Assembly: GCA_937875495.1 (NCBI GenBank)
Contig: CALLYA010000340.1
Span: 1-62,033, forward strand
Direction: 5' to 3'
From: an uncultured Verrucomicrobiota bacterium
GTDB taxonomy: Bacteria > Verrucomicrobiota > CALLYA01
Length of the DNA stretch: 62,033 nucleotides
The position numbers and the translations under genes were made by a program. Shown piece after piece: positions 1 through 12,083 of the stretch. The notes beneath the pieces were generated by a model that saw only the letters and a list, made by a program, of their open reading frames with translations, did not search any database and had not been told where the DNA came from. Each line of letters starts with the position of its first letter. Within the stretch, counting starts at the first letter, position 1.

Positions 1-200
1 AGCAAGGTTGTCAAGGAAGAGGGCGGGGAAAACGACCTTCTGCAGCTCGCGCGGGGGCACCAGCCCCCGCGCCGCGGCACGCGTAGTCGTGCCGCGAAGT
101 CGTGCCGCGTAGTCGGTCTTTTCCATTCACCTGTTTACAAATCAATGATATGGTGACCTATTCTAGCTCGTGATTTTGGCAACTATTCGTCTGGAGCGCC

Positions 201-1814
201 ATGATCTCTAAATTCCGACCCTTTCACCAGCCAAAGGCCACCCGGCCGCTGATCCATTTCTGCGCGTGGATCGTAGGACTCCTTCTGATTTCGCCCCTGG
301 CCGCCGCCGTCCTCCAGGTCCAAGAGGGGCAGAGCATTCAGGCGGTCGTCGAGCAAGCCGTCTCGGGCGACGAAATCGTCGTTGAGCCAGGGGAGTACCG
401 GGAACATACCTACATCGAAGGCCTGCAAAACGTCACCATCCGCGCCCTGGCCGGCCCGGAACATACCCGGGTGATCATCCCAACCGGTTCCGACTACGCC
501 TTCCAAGCGAGGTTCTGCAGAGACCTGACCATTTCCGGTTTCACCATCGTTTCCGCGGAAGAGCGAACCGCCTGTTCCGACCTCACCGGCGGGATCTACT
601 ATGTGGACAGCAGCGGGGCCGTAGAGAACTGCGACATCGACCTCTACACCGGTCCCGAAAAGGACACCCTCTGCTTCCGGCATGGAATCGTCATGCAGAC
701 TTGGATTACCCCGGATACGCTGGCGCTCGAGATCCGAGATTGTAACATTCGAGGGTTCCGGAACAACGGTGTCTTCGCCTACGGCAATAGACGTCAAGTC
801 AAAGTATTCCGAAATCGGATCGAGGGAGCGGGGACCTCTGCGGACATGGTACAATACGGGCTCCTCCTCCGATACTTCGCAACCGCCGTAATGGAAGGAA
901 ATGTGGTCACACGTCTCGCCTACGGCACAGACAGCTCCACCGCCGCCGGGGTTCTCGCCTATGGCGCCGACACCCTCAACAGCCGGGTGCATTTCAATAA
1001 TTTCACCGACAACCAGGCCGCCATCATCTCCCTCAACTCCACCGGCCTGAATCTATCCAGCCCTCCCCTCTCCGCCGAGGACAATTTCTGGGGGCATCCC
1101 TCCGGTCCTGGCGGCAACAGCGAAGGTGTCGGCGACCCCGAGTTCGGTGCCGCCTTCACCACAATCTGGGATACCACACACGCCTACGACCCTGAAACTG
1201 GGCGAAATTGGTCCGTTCAAACCAGCGAAGGCCGGATGATCGGGGCGCGTTTTCTCCATCCCGGCCATCTATACCCGCAACCCGAGACACCACCGTACCT
1301 GCGGAGCCCACGATTCGAGTACCATGTCGATCACCTGCCCTATCTCGGGAATCCTGCCCTGCACATCAAGACCGATACCCTGCTGCCTCCCCTCTCCACC
1401 TTTTACGAGTTCAGCCTGATCGATAACCTGGGCAGCCCTCCACAATGGCACCCGCTCCCGGTCGAGGAGTTCGACGGTCGAACACGCTTCAGTATCTCGT
1501 TCGGCACCAATGGCCCCCTCGGTAACGAGGCGACGTCCTGGGTTGCACTCGGAGCACTGGGCACAACACCCCCGCGAATCGAAAGGGCCTCCTTCGATCA
1601 GGAATCCCAAACCTACCGTCTGGTCTGGACCGGCGAACCGGGACATTGGTTTCAAATCGAGGGCACCAGTCCTCTCCCGACCTCCGAATTCCTACCCATC
1701 GGTCATGCCCAACTCGACAGAGCCGTCGGGGTTTTCAGCGGCTCCATACCCCATGACGCCGATGCGTTCTTCCTGCGTATCCGTGATCTCGGGCCAACGC
1801 AACCCCTTCCCTAA
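201..1814 (+). CDS. secreted right-handed parallel beta-helix repeat protein (NosD-like fold)
   Basis: 537-aa ORF with ATG at 201. Signal-like hydrophobic N-terminus (CAWIVGLLLISPLAAA). Repeated PbH1-like turns (ENCDIDL, IRDCNIRGF, VMEGNVV, NNFTDNQ) and a DNFWG motif. Confidence 0.6.
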   Translation: MISKFRPFHQPKATRPLIHFCAWIVGLLLISPLAAAVLQVQEGQSIQAVVEQAVSGDEIVVEPGEYREHTYIEGLQNVTIRALAGPEHTRVIIPTGSDYAFQARFCRDLTISGFTIVSAEERTACSDLTGGIYYVDSSGAVENCDIDLYTGPEKDTLCFRHGIVMQTWITPDTLALEIRDCNIRGFRNNGVFAYGNRRQVKVFRNRIEGAGTSADMVQYGLLLRYFATAVMEGNVVTRLAYGTDSSTAAGVLAYGADTLNSRVHFNNFTDNQAAIISLNSTGLNLSSPPLSAEDNFWGHPSGPGGNSEGVGDPEFGAAFTTIWDTTHAYDPETGRNWSVQTSEGRMIGARFLHPGHLYPQPETPPYLRSPRFEYHVDHLPYLGNPALHIKTDTLLPPLSTFYEFSLIDNLGSPPQWHPLPVEEFDGRTRFSISFGTNGPLGNEATSWVALGALGTTPPRIERASFDQESQTYRLVWTGEPGHWFQIEGTSPLPTSEFLPIGHAQLDRAVGVFSGSIPHDADAFFLRIRDLGPTQPLP

Positions 1815-1922
1815 TCCAGCTTCCCTCCAGACGGAATCCAGGGAGCGATCAAGTGCCCAGGGCCGGAGTTGAACCCATTCCACCGATTGCTCTGCCCCGG
1901 CCAACATAGCCGGTCACGATAA

Positions 1923-1951
1923 TTGAGGAATGGTTTCATCTACCCTATAGT
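1923..1951 (+). promoter_or_regulatory. candidate sigma70-type promoter of ppdK (TTGAGG-N17-TATAGT)
   Basis: -35 at 1923-1928, 17-nt spacer, -10 at 1946-1951. About 110 nt upstream of the ppdK ATG. Confidence 0.4.
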
Positions 1952-2066
1952 GTCAGCTTAGGCCGTATCGGAATGAGCGGCCGCCCGGTCACCGAGTGAG
2001 GGCTTGAGGCCCGCTGGAGAGTGGGATCGCTCCATTTTTCTGGTGTTCAAAAGGAGAAATAAAACC

Positions 2067-4763
2067 ATGGCAGAACAAAAGTTTGTGTACTACTTCGGGG
2101 CAGGTGATTCCGAAGGCGACGCCTCGATGAAGCAGCTCCTCGGCGGTAAGGGAGCCAACTTGGCCGATATGTGTACCCTCGGCCTCCCCGTTCCTCCTGG
2201 CTTCACGATTACGACGGAAGTTTGCGATCTCTATTACAAGCTGGACCGCAAATACCCCAATGGCCTGACCGAGCAGATCGAGCAAAACATCCAGAAGCTC
2301 GAAAAGGCAACCGGCAAGACCTTCGGCCACGGACCCAACCCGTTGCTGGTCTCAGTTCGCTCCGGCGCCGCCGTGTCCATGCCCGGAATGATGGATACCG
2401 TTCTCAACCTCGGCCTCAACGATGAAACCCTCCCCGCTCTGATCCAACTGACCGGGAACGAGCGCTTCGCTTGGGATTCCTACCGCCGGTTCATGCAGAT
2501 GTTCGGCGATGTCGTGCTCAGCCTGGAGCATCACGATTTCGAACACGCCCTCCAATCCGTCAAAGACCGTCGCGGCGCTAAGTTGGACACCGACCTGTGC
2601 GTCGAAGGACTGAAGGAAGTGGCCGCGGAGTATAAGAAGGTCTACGAAGCCGCAGGCAAACAATTCCCCCAGGATGCCCGCGAACAGCTTCTTGCCGCCG
2701 TCACCGCTGTCTTCGGTAGCTGGAACAATCCCCGTGCTCTCAAATACCGCGCGCTGAACGAAATCCGCGGCCTCCTCGGGACCGCCGTGAACGTGCAGAC
2801 CATGGTGTTTGGCAACATGGGCGAAGATTGCGCCACAGGTGTTGCCTTCACCCGTGACCCCTCCACCGGCGAGAACCGTTACTTCTACGGCGAGTACCTG
2901 ATCAACGCCCAGGGCGAAGACGTCGTAGCCGGGATTCGTACGCCGCAGCAAATCACCACTGCAGGCAGCCGCGAGTGGGCCGAGAACAACAGCGTCCCCG
3001 AGGATCGGCGCAAGGCCGATTTCCCCTCTCTCGAAGAGGCGATGCCGGAGTGCTTCCAGCAACTGGACCAGATCCGCGCCAAGCTCGAGAAGCATTACCG
3101 CGATATGCAGGACATCGAGTTCACGATCGAGCAGGGCACCCTCTACATGCTCCAAACCCGCAACGGTAAACGTACCGCTGCCGCGGCCGTGAAAATCGCC
3201 GTCGATATGGTCGCCGAGAACTTGATCACCGAGAAGGAAGCCGTCCTTCGCGTCGATCCCAAACAGCTCGATCAGCTCCTGCATCCCACCTTTAAGAAGG
3301 AAGCCGAAGCAGCAGCCGTCGTTCTCGCGAAAGGCTTGCCCGCCAGCCCTGGTGCCGCTAAAGGCCAAATCGTCTTCTCCGCACACGACGCCGAAACCGC
3401 GGCCCTGGAGGGGCGTGACGTCATCCTCGTGCGCATCGAGACCAGCCCAGAGGACATCGGTGGCATGGATGCCGCCAAGGGTATTCTCACCGGCCGAGGC
3501 GGCATGACGAGCCACGCGGCAGTCGTTGCCCGCGGAATGGGCAAATGCTGCGTCGCCGGTTGCGGCGATGTCGTCATCAATTATAAGGAAAAGACCATGC
3601 GCGCCGGCGATATCGTCCTCAAAGAGGGCGATTGGATCAGCCTCAACGGGTCCAACGGCAACGTCTACAAGGGCAGCGTCGATACCGTCAATCCTCAGCT
3701 GACCGGCCCGTTTGGGACCATTATGGCCCTCGCAGACAAGTATCGGACCCTCGGCGTGCGGACCAATGCCGATACGCCGCATGACGCCGAAGTCGCAGTC
3801 CAACTCGGCGCCGAGGGAATCGGTCTCTGCCGAACAGAACATATGTTCTTCGAGGGCGAGCGCATCGTTGCCATGCGCAAGATGATCCTCGCCGCCGACG
3901 AAGCCGGCCGGAAGAAGGCGCTCGACCTCCTGCTGCCGGTCCAACGCGAGGACTTCATCGGCATCTTCAAGGCACTCAAGGGATTGCCGGCCACGATCCG
4001 ATTCCTGGATCCCCCGCTGCATGAGTTCGTCCCGCACGATGAAGCCGGCCAGGAGGAAATGGCCAAAGCCATGGGCGTCTGCGCACAGGTGATCAAGGAC
4101 AAGGTGGACTCCCTCCACGAGTTCAACCCGATGCTCGGCCACCGCGGTTGCCGTCTCGGCATCTTCTACCCCGAAATCACCGCGATGCAGGCCCGCGCCG
4201 TCATCGAGGCCGCCTACGCGGTCCCCGGCTCTAAGCCTGAAATCATGATTCCGCTCGTCGGAGCCGTCAAGGAATTGACCCACCAGAAACAGATCGTCCT
4301 GGACGTCTATGATGAGATTCGTAAGGAGAAGGGGGCCGATCTCGAATACTTCAAGATCGGAACTATGATCGAGGTCCCCCGCGGGGCCCTCACCGCAGAC
4401 AAAGTCGCCGAAGAGGCCGATTTCTTCAGCTTTGGTACCAACGACCTGACCCAGATGGGCTGCGGCTTCAGCCGTGACGACGCCGGGAAGTTCCTCCAAC
4501 GCTATGTCGAACTCGGCATCTATGAATACGACCCCTTCCAGGTCCTCGACCAAGAAGGCGTCGGCGAACTCGTTCGCATCGCCGCCGAGAAGGGTCGCAA
4601 GACCAAGCCCGATCTCAAACTCGGCATCTGCGGCGAGCACGGTGGCGAGCCGAGTAGTGTGAAGTTCTGCCATAAGGTCGGACTCAACTACGTCTCCTGC
4701 AGCCCCTATCGGGTGCCCATCGCGCGATTGGCCGCCGCTCAGGCCGCGATCCAGTACGCGTAA
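2067..4763 (+). CDS. ppdK: pyruvate, phosphate dikinase
   Basis: ORF 2004..4763 trimmed to ATG 2067, behind AAGGAG (2051-2056). Has the MAEQKFVYYFG..LLGGKGANLA N-terminus, the phospho-His loop GGMTSHAAVVARGMGK and C-terminal PEP-utilising motifs (GTNDLTQ, GICGEHGG). Confidence 0.95.
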   Translation: MAEQKFVYYFGAGDSEGDASMKQLLGGKGANLADMCTLGLPVPPGFTITTEVCDLYYKLDRKYPNGLTEQIEQNIQKLEKATGKTFGHGPNPLLVSVRSGAAVSMPGMMDTVLNLGLNDETLPALIQLTGNERFAWDSYRRFMQMFGDVVLSLEHHDFEHALQSVKDRRGAKLDTDLCVEGLKEVAAEYKKVYEAAGKQFPQDAREQLLAAVTAVFGSWNNPRALKYRALNEIRGLLGTAVNVQTMVFGNMGEDCATGVAFTRDPSTGENRYFYGEYLINAQGEDVVAGIRTPQQITTAGSREWAENNSVPEDRRKADFPSLEEAMPECFQQLDQIRAKLEKHYRDMQDIEFTIEQGTLYMLQTRNGKRTAAAAVKIAVDMVAENLITEKEAVLRVDPKQLDQLLHPTFKKEAEAAAVVLAKGLPASPGAAKGQIVFSAHDAETAALEGRDVILVRIETSPEDIGGMDAAKGILTGRGGMTSHAAVVARGMGKCCVAGCGDVVINYKEKTMRAGDIVLKEGDWISLNGSNGNVYKGSVDTVNPQLTGPFGTIMALADKYRTLGVRTNADTPHDAEVAVQLGAEGIGLCRTEHMFFEGERIVAMRKMILAADEAGRKKALDLLLPVQREDFIGIFKALKGLPATIRFLDPPLHEFVPHDEAGQEEMAKAMGVCAQVIKDKVDSLHEFNPMLGHRGCRLGIFYPEITAMQARAVIEAAYAVPGSKPEIMIPLVGAVKELTHQKQIVLDVYDEIRKEKGADLEYFKIGTMIEVPRGALTADKVAEEADFFSFGTNDLTQMGCGFSRDDAGKFLQRYVELGIYEYDPFQVLDQEGVGELVRIAAEKGRKTKPDLKLGICGEHGGEPSSVKFCHKVGLNYVSCSPYRVPIARLAAAQAAIQYA

Positions 4764-4798
4764 TACAGCAAACCTCGAATCCTAATCTTCGAGCGTGC

Positions 4799-4842
4799 AC
4801 GCCCCGGAACGGTTCCAACCACCGTCCGGGGCGTTTCCTTTG
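4799..4842 (+). terminator. intrinsic terminator after ppdK
   Basis: 10-bp stem ACGCCCCGGA (4799-4808) / TCCGGGGCGT (4825-4834), followed by TTCCTTTG. Confidence 0.6.
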
Positions 4843-4849
4843 CCTCCGA

Positions 4850-5160
4850 TCCGCAGATGAAGGATGAGCGAAAATCGGGATAGGAGTCGCTATCGGTCTC
4901 GGTATCGAAAGGACGCGTGATGGAATTCGGACGGTAACGCAACCGCCTAGTTGGCGTTGATGACGCAACTCGGCAACCAAGTTTAAGCGGTTCATGAAGG
5001 CCAGGTGCCCCCCAGAACAGAAATCGATTCCAATCCCGATTCCGAAACTATTGCCGGAGGTCACGCCTGAAGGAGCACGCCTTTTCGGACAGCTCGAAAA
5101 CGCCACCGCGCCCTCTGCGGGAGACTCGCCGGATCCAGTCAGTTGGAAAGGCGGTTGCCC
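4850..5160. repeat. intergenic mosaic repeat: A-module (inverted relative to the 14957 copy) plus partial B-module
   Basis: Shares GTCGCTATCGGTCTCGGTATCGAA, GGCCAGGTGCC and GATTCC..CCCGATTCCGA with 26160-26455. Ends in CCTTTTCGGAC (5080-5090). 5091-5160 matches the reverse complement of 25861-25930 (CGAAAACGCCACCGCGCCCTCTGCGGGAG). Confidence 0.7.
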
Positions 5161-5200
5161 TCTATCCAGACCGTATCGGTCTGGCCCCCTCCCAGCCTCC

Positions 5201-5244
5201 CACGAAAACGCAAGAGCCCCGGCACCAATCCGGTGCCGGGGCTC
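5201..5244 (-). terminator. intrinsic terminator after secDF
   Basis: 13-bp stem GAGCCCCGGCACC (5214-5226) / GGTGCCGGGGCTC (5232-5244). On the minus strand it is followed by TTGCGTTTTCG. Confidence 0.6.
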
Positions 5245-5313
5245 TCAGGTTCTGCAGTATGATGGCCTTTCTCTGACCGCCTCAATCGAATGGGGAAAGG
5301 CTACCTACCCGAA

Positions 5314-7578
5314 TCATCCTTCGCGGTCTTTGGACTCCGGCCGCAGCGCAAAGACGACCGGACTCGCCACGAAGATCGAGGAGTAGGTGCCAATGACAAT
5401 CCCGACAAGCAGCGTGAAGGCGAAATCGTTGATCACGCCACCGCCGAAAAGGACCAGACACAAGACCACAAACAGGGTGGTCAAGGAGGTCAGCAGGGTG
5501 CGACTCAGCGTCTGATTGATGCTCAGGTTCATCAAATCGATCAGCTTCATCTTGCGCAGTACCGAGTCGAGGTTCTCACGAATTCGATCAAAGATCACGA
5601 TGGTGTCGTTGAGCGAATAGCCGACAATCGTGAGCAAGGCCGCAATAACCGGCAGTGAAATCTGCCGACCCGATAGGACATAGATCCCCATCGTCACGAT
5701 GACGTCATGCACCAGAGCCACCATCGCGCCGATCGCAAACCGAAACTCGAATCGGATGGAGATGTAGAGCACGATGCCCAGAAAGGCCCACAGCAAGGCC
5801 TTCAATGCCTGGAAACTCAGCTCCTTGCCAGCGAGTCCACCCACGCTGTCGACAGCCACCGGAACCGGGTCAAACCCCGCATCCGGATGACGCTCGATGA
5901 TCAGGTCCTTGAGCGCCTCCAAGCCACTCTGCTGCGCCCGAATCTCGAGATAGGCATCCGGCTCACCGTGATAGGCGAATCGAACCCCCTGGAATCCCGC
6001 CTCAGACGCCAACTGCGATAGGACATCCTCGGAGATGGGCTGCCACCCATCCTGATCCGGACCGGAGCCTTCTACATAACCGATCTTCAATGACTCTCCA
6101 CCCGTGAAATCGACGCCCAGTGCATCCTTCCGCTCGATGAAAAAGACCTCGACCAAGGAGGCGATGATCAACACGGCGGTGAGACCATAAGCGATGCGCC
6201 GACGTTCGAGCACCTTGAGCCCCGGGTTGTGGAAGAAGGACATCATCGTCAGCCTCTTCAACTTCCCACTCGATTCCATCAGGTCGAAGATCAGGCGCGT
6301 GACGGTCAGCGCAGTGAACATACTGACCGCAATACCGACACTCAAAGTAAGCGCGAAACCGCGGACCGGACCGGTCGACTTCCAATAGAGAATGGCTGCC
6401 GTCAACAGGGTGGTGACGTTGGCGTCCAAGATCGTCGAGAAGACCTTGTCATACCCGGCCTGAATGGCGGCGTGCAGACTCTTGTGCTCCTCGAGCTCCT
6501 CACGGATGCGCTCGAAGATCAGGACGTTGGCGTCCACAGCCATGCCGATGGTCAGCACAATACCCGCAATGCCGGGCAGCGTCAGCGTTGCGCCGATCAG
6601 GACCAGGATGCCCATCAGGATCACCATGTTGAGCAGGAGCGCAATCGTGGCCACGATCCCAGCAAATCTGTAATAGACCCACATGAAGACAATGACGAAG
6701 GCCATGCCTAGGAGACCTGCAAAGATGCCGCTTTGAATCGATGCCTTGCCCAGGGTCGGCTCTACACTGCGCTCTTGAACGATCTCCACCTCGGTCGGCA
6801 GTGAGCCCGATTGCAGCACGATGGCCAGCTCGTTGGCTTCCTCAAGCGTGAATCCAACCCCGCCGCCGTCGATCTGAGCGCTCCCACCAGCGATGCGATC
6901 ACGAATCGTCGGGGCAGAGCGCACGACACCATCCAACACGATCGCCAAACGCTCGCCCTTGTGCGCCCCGGTCACTTCCTCGAATAGTGTGGCACCCTCT
7001 TTGTCGAAGCGAAGCGCGACATACGGCCGGCCGATGTTGTCGTACGAAACGAACGCAGCTTCCAACGTAGCACCCGTCATCGCGGCCTTGCGTCGCAAGA
7101 ACAGCGTCTCCCGGCGGACTTCCTTGCCGTTCTCATCCCGCTCCACCAACGCTTTTTGCTCGTAGCCAGGAGGTGTGATGAATTCGGGATTGTTGATCTC
7201 GGTGACCAGCCTGTCGTTGTCCGAATGCACCACCTTGAACTCCAAAAAGGCGGCCTGGCCGATCAGATCCTTAAAGCGCTCCTTCTCTTCCTTGGAGAGA
7301 CCGGGGACCTTGATCTCAATCCGGTCGACCCCCTGAATGGGATAGATCTCGGGTTCTGTCAGCCCCTGTGCATCAATCCGGTTGCGGATGATCTCCACCG
7401 CACGGTTGACCACATCCGTTCGCTCCTGGGTGGTCATCCCCTCGGTGTCGACCTGGAGTTCGAAGGAACTCCCCCCGCGCAGGTCTAGACCCAACCGGAG
7501 CTCGTCCATGAATAGAAAGGTGATGGATAACCCTGTTACCAATAGGGTTACGACGATCTTCCAAAGATGTTCTTTCAT
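5314..7578 (-). CDS. secDF: protein-export membrane protein SecDF (fused SecD/SecF)
   Basis: 754-aa ORF. SecD-like N-half (LGLDLRGGSSF, large periplasmic loop) and SecF-like C-half, both TM-rich. Lies downstream of yajC as in tgt-yajC-secDF clusters. Confidence 0.9.
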   Translation of the reverse strand: MKEHLWKIVVTLLVTGLSITFLFMDELRLGLDLRGGSSFELQVDTEGMTTQERTDVVNRAVEIIRNRIDAQGLTEPEIYPIQGVDRIEIKVPGLSKEEKERFKDLIGQAAFLEFKVVHSDNDRLVTEINNPEFITPPGYEQKALVERDENGKEVRRETLFLRRKAAMTGATLEAAFVSYDNIGRPYVALRFDKEGATLFEEVTGAHKGERLAIVLDGVVRSAPTIRDRIAGGSAQIDGGGVGFTLEEANELAIVLQSGSLPTEVEIVQERSVEPTLGKASIQSGIFAGLLGMAFVIVFMWVYYRFAGIVATIALLLNMVILMGILVLIGATLTLPGIAGIVLTIGMAVDANVLIFERIREELEEHKSLHAAIQAGYDKVFSTILDANVTTLLTAAILYWKSTGPVRGFALTLSVGIAVSMFTALTVTRLIFDLMESSGKLKRLTMMSFFHNPGLKVLERRRIAYGLTAVLIIASLVEVFFIERKDALGVDFTGGESLKIGYVEGSGPDQDGWQPISEDVLSQLASEAGFQGVRFAYHGEPDAYLEIRAQQSGLEALKDLIIERHPDAGFDPVPVAVDSVGGLAGKELSFQALKALLWAFLGIVLYISIRFEFRFAIGAMVALVHDVIVTMGIYVLSGRQISLPVIAALLTIVGYSLNDTIVIFDRIRENLDSVLRKMKLIDLMNLSINQTLSRTLLTSLTTLFVVLCLVLFGGGVINDFAFTLLVGIVIGTYSSIFVASPVVFALRPESKDREG

Positions 7579-7671
7579 GCTTTACCTCAACAGTGCAGGC
7601 GGGAAGGGTTTCCGCCGGCCTCGACCGGCAACCCGGAAGCTGCGTCCGGGAACCACTTCGAAAAAAGAAGC

Positions 7672-8034
7672 CTAATTATCGCTTGTTCGATCCGGTTTCG
7701 GCAAGACATCCGCAATATGAGACCGACTCACCTCGATTTTTACGTTCTCGGCGATGCGCACGATCACGATATTGTCTTTGAAGTTGGCCACGATCCCATG
7801 GATTCCTCCTGAGGTGATGACCTTGTCTCCCTTGGACATCGCAGCCAATTTCTGACGCAACTCTTTCTGCTGCTTCTGCTGAGGGCGAATCATCAGCAGA
7901 TAGAGGATTCCAAACATCAGCAGAAAGTAGGGCAGGATCGCCCATGGTGGCGGGCCTTGGCCCGCTGCACCCGCATCCGCCAGCGTCGTGGTCGGGATGC
8001 CTCCCAACAAGGCATTAAGCATTGAAAAAATCAT
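7672..8034 (-). CDS. yajC: preprotein translocase subunit YajC
   Basis: 120 aa. One TM followed by MIRPQQKQQKE..KGDKVITSGGIHGIV, the typical YajC core. Sits between tgt and secDF. Confidence 0.85.
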   Translation of the reverse strand: MIFSMLNALLGGIPTTTLADAGAAGQGPPPWAILPYFLLMFGILYLLMIRPQQKQQKELRQKLAAMSKGDKVITSGGIHGIVANFKDNIVIVRIAENVKIEVSRSHIADVLPKPDRTSDN

Positions 8035-8039
8035 TGATT

Positions 8040-10154
<2,115 letters not shown>

Positions 10155-10182
<28 letters not shown>

Positions 10183-11147
10183 CGTACCTTCCTTCCAGGT
10201 TCGATTTCTTCCAAGGCCGGCTCTGCGAGGTGGCACTCGGCTCGTGCGATCGAGCAGCGGGGCGCGAATTTACATCCGGGCGGCATCTCTCCTGGGTGCG
10301 GGACGCTTCCTCCGATGGTGGAGAGGCGCTCCGCCCCAAGCCCCAGCTTGGGGATCGAATCCAGAAGCCCGCGGGTGTATGGATGCCTCGGAAGTCGAAG
10401 CAGCGCTTCCACAGGGGCCTCCTCGACGATGCGGCCCGCATACATCACCGCAACCCGATCCGCGACTTGCGCCACAACCCCCAAATTGTGCGTGATCAGC
10501 AGCATCGCCATTCCGAGCCGCTCCTTCAAATCCAGCAGCAGAGAAAGGATCTGGGCCTGGATCGTAACATCCAACGCGGTCGTCGGCTCGTCGGCGACCA
10601 ACAGCCGGGGACGGCTCGCCAATGCCATCGCGATCATCACCCGCTGTTGCATCCCACCGCTCAATTGATGCGGATACTCACGCATACGTGCCTCGGGCGC
10701 CGGAATGCCGACCAGCTTGAGCAGACGCAAGACCTCCGCGGCCACCGCACCGCCCCGAAGGTCGCGATGCAGTCGAATCGCCTCGCCAATCTGGTCGCCC
10801 ACACGAAAGACCGGATTGAGCGCCGAACCCGGCTCCTGAAACACATAAGCAACCTTGGCCCCGCGGAGAGATCGCAGCTCCCGGCTGTTCATTGCCAGCG
10901 TGTTGACCCCTTCGAGCATGATCGATCCGCCCGTGACCCGGGAGGGCGGTTCCGGGACCAGGCGGGCAATGGAGAGCGCCGTCACACTCTTGCCACAGCC
11001 GCTCTCCCCTACCAGCGCCAGAGTCTCGGCCTCGCCTATGCTCAAGGAAACACCGTCGACCGCGCGCACCGCCCCATCCTCGGTTGCGAACTGGACCTCT
11101 AAGTCCCGGATCTCCAATATCGTCTGCTTACTTGACTCGCGTCCCAT
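10155..11147 (-). CDS. peptide (Opp/Dpp-type) ABC transporter ATP-binding protein, D-type
   Basis: Walker [10 protein letters not shown], signature LSGGMQQR, Walker [13 protein letters not shown], and C-terminal [10 protein letters not shown]. Confidence 0.85.
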
Positions 11148-12065
11148 TCAGGAGCCCTCCACCATCCGTAACCTGGGGTCCATCGCATCCCGGAGTGCAT
11201 CCCCGAATACGTTGAACGCCAAGACAATAAAAAAGGTCGCACCAATCGATGCCGCCAGCTCCCACCACACTCCCTGCCAGAGGCGTAGGCGGGCGTCGCT
11301 GATCATGATGCCCCAGCTCGGCTCGCCCTCGGCACCCACCCCCAGAAAGCTCAGAATCACCTCCGTACCGACCGCGTTTCCGAAACGTAAGGAAAAGTTG
11401 ATGATCACCAGATGAAATAGGTTGGGTAGGATGTGGCGGATGATGATCCGCGCATGCCCCGCACCCAACGAACGCGCTGCCTCGACGTATTGCAACTGGC
11501 GATGCTTCAGGAATTCAGCCCGCAACAGCCGACACAATCCAACCCAGGTTGTCAGACCTATGCCGAGATATACCCCAATCAAGCCGTGGCCTACAACGCT
11601 CGCGATCACTAAGATCAACAACAACGAGGGGATCGAGGCCACCGTCGAATAGAGCCAGACCACGCACTCGTCCAATCGGCCTCCGAAATAACCGGCCGCC
11701 CCCCCCAACACCATCGCGATCGGTAAGGCAAGCAACGAAGTGATGATCCCCACCCGAAAGGCAATCCTGGCTCCCTGGATCGTCCTGTGGAATACGTCCC
11801 GCCCCAAGGCGTCGGTCCCCAGCCAATGCGCGCCGCTCGGAGGCTCGTAGCGATGCCCGAAATCCTGAACCTGGTAGATCGGTACCACGTCCTGTACCCG
11901 GGCAGACCAGTAGACCCATTCCCCCCAGGACGCCATCAGACAGTAGACCACAATGACGACCAGACAGGCCAATGCCGTTCGGTCACGCTTCAAACGCGCC
12001 CAAACATCGCCTGCTAAGGTCCGCACCCCGCCATGCCATTGCTGCCTGCCGCTCTTGCCCGCCAT
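11148..12065 (-). CDS. peptide ABC transporter permease (OppC/DppC-like)
   Basis: 305-aa multi-TM ORF with a binding-protein-dependent transport loop (YVEAARSLGAGHARIIIRHILPN). Confidence 0.85.
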   Translation of the reverse strand: MAGKSGRQQWHGGVRTLAGDVWARLKRDRTALACLVVIVVYCLMASWGEWVYWSARVQDVVPIYQVQDFGHRYEPPSGAHWLGTDALGRDVFHRTIQGARIAFRVGIITSLLALPIAMVLGGAAGYFGGRLDECVVWLYSTVASIPSLLLILVIASVVGHGLIGVYLGIGLTTWVGLCRLLRAEFLKHRQLQYVEAARSLGAGHARIIIRHILPNLFHLVIINFSLRFGNAVGTEVILSFLGVGAEGEPSWGIMISDARLRLWQGVWWELAASIGATFFIVLAFNVFGDALRDAMDPRLRMVEGS

Positions 12066-12083
12066 GCCACCCCATCCCCCCGG

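Noticed and set aside
1861-1910. tRNA-like fragment (GGAGTTGAACCC resembles a T-arm) downstream of the beta-helix gene
   Set aside because: I could not fold a cloverleaf. The T-stem has a mismatch and there is no D-arm or anticodon arm. It more likely represents GGCCGG/CCGGCC hairpins acting as a transcript end.
2352-4673. 773-aa ORF antisense to ppdK
   Set aside because: It lies entirely within, and opposite to, a gene with unambiguous PPDK motifs. Its low-complexity Gly/Ala/Asp/Glu-rich translation is typical of stop-poor antisense frames in GC-rich DNA.
4994-5386. Possible conserved peptide ENATAPSAG(D/G)S(P/S)DP encoded by B modules (also in 25849..26136 on the minus strand)
   Set aside because: The amino-acid similarity simply mirrors nucleotide identity of the repeat arm. 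There is no SD and no consistent start or stop, and the frames differ outside the shared arm.
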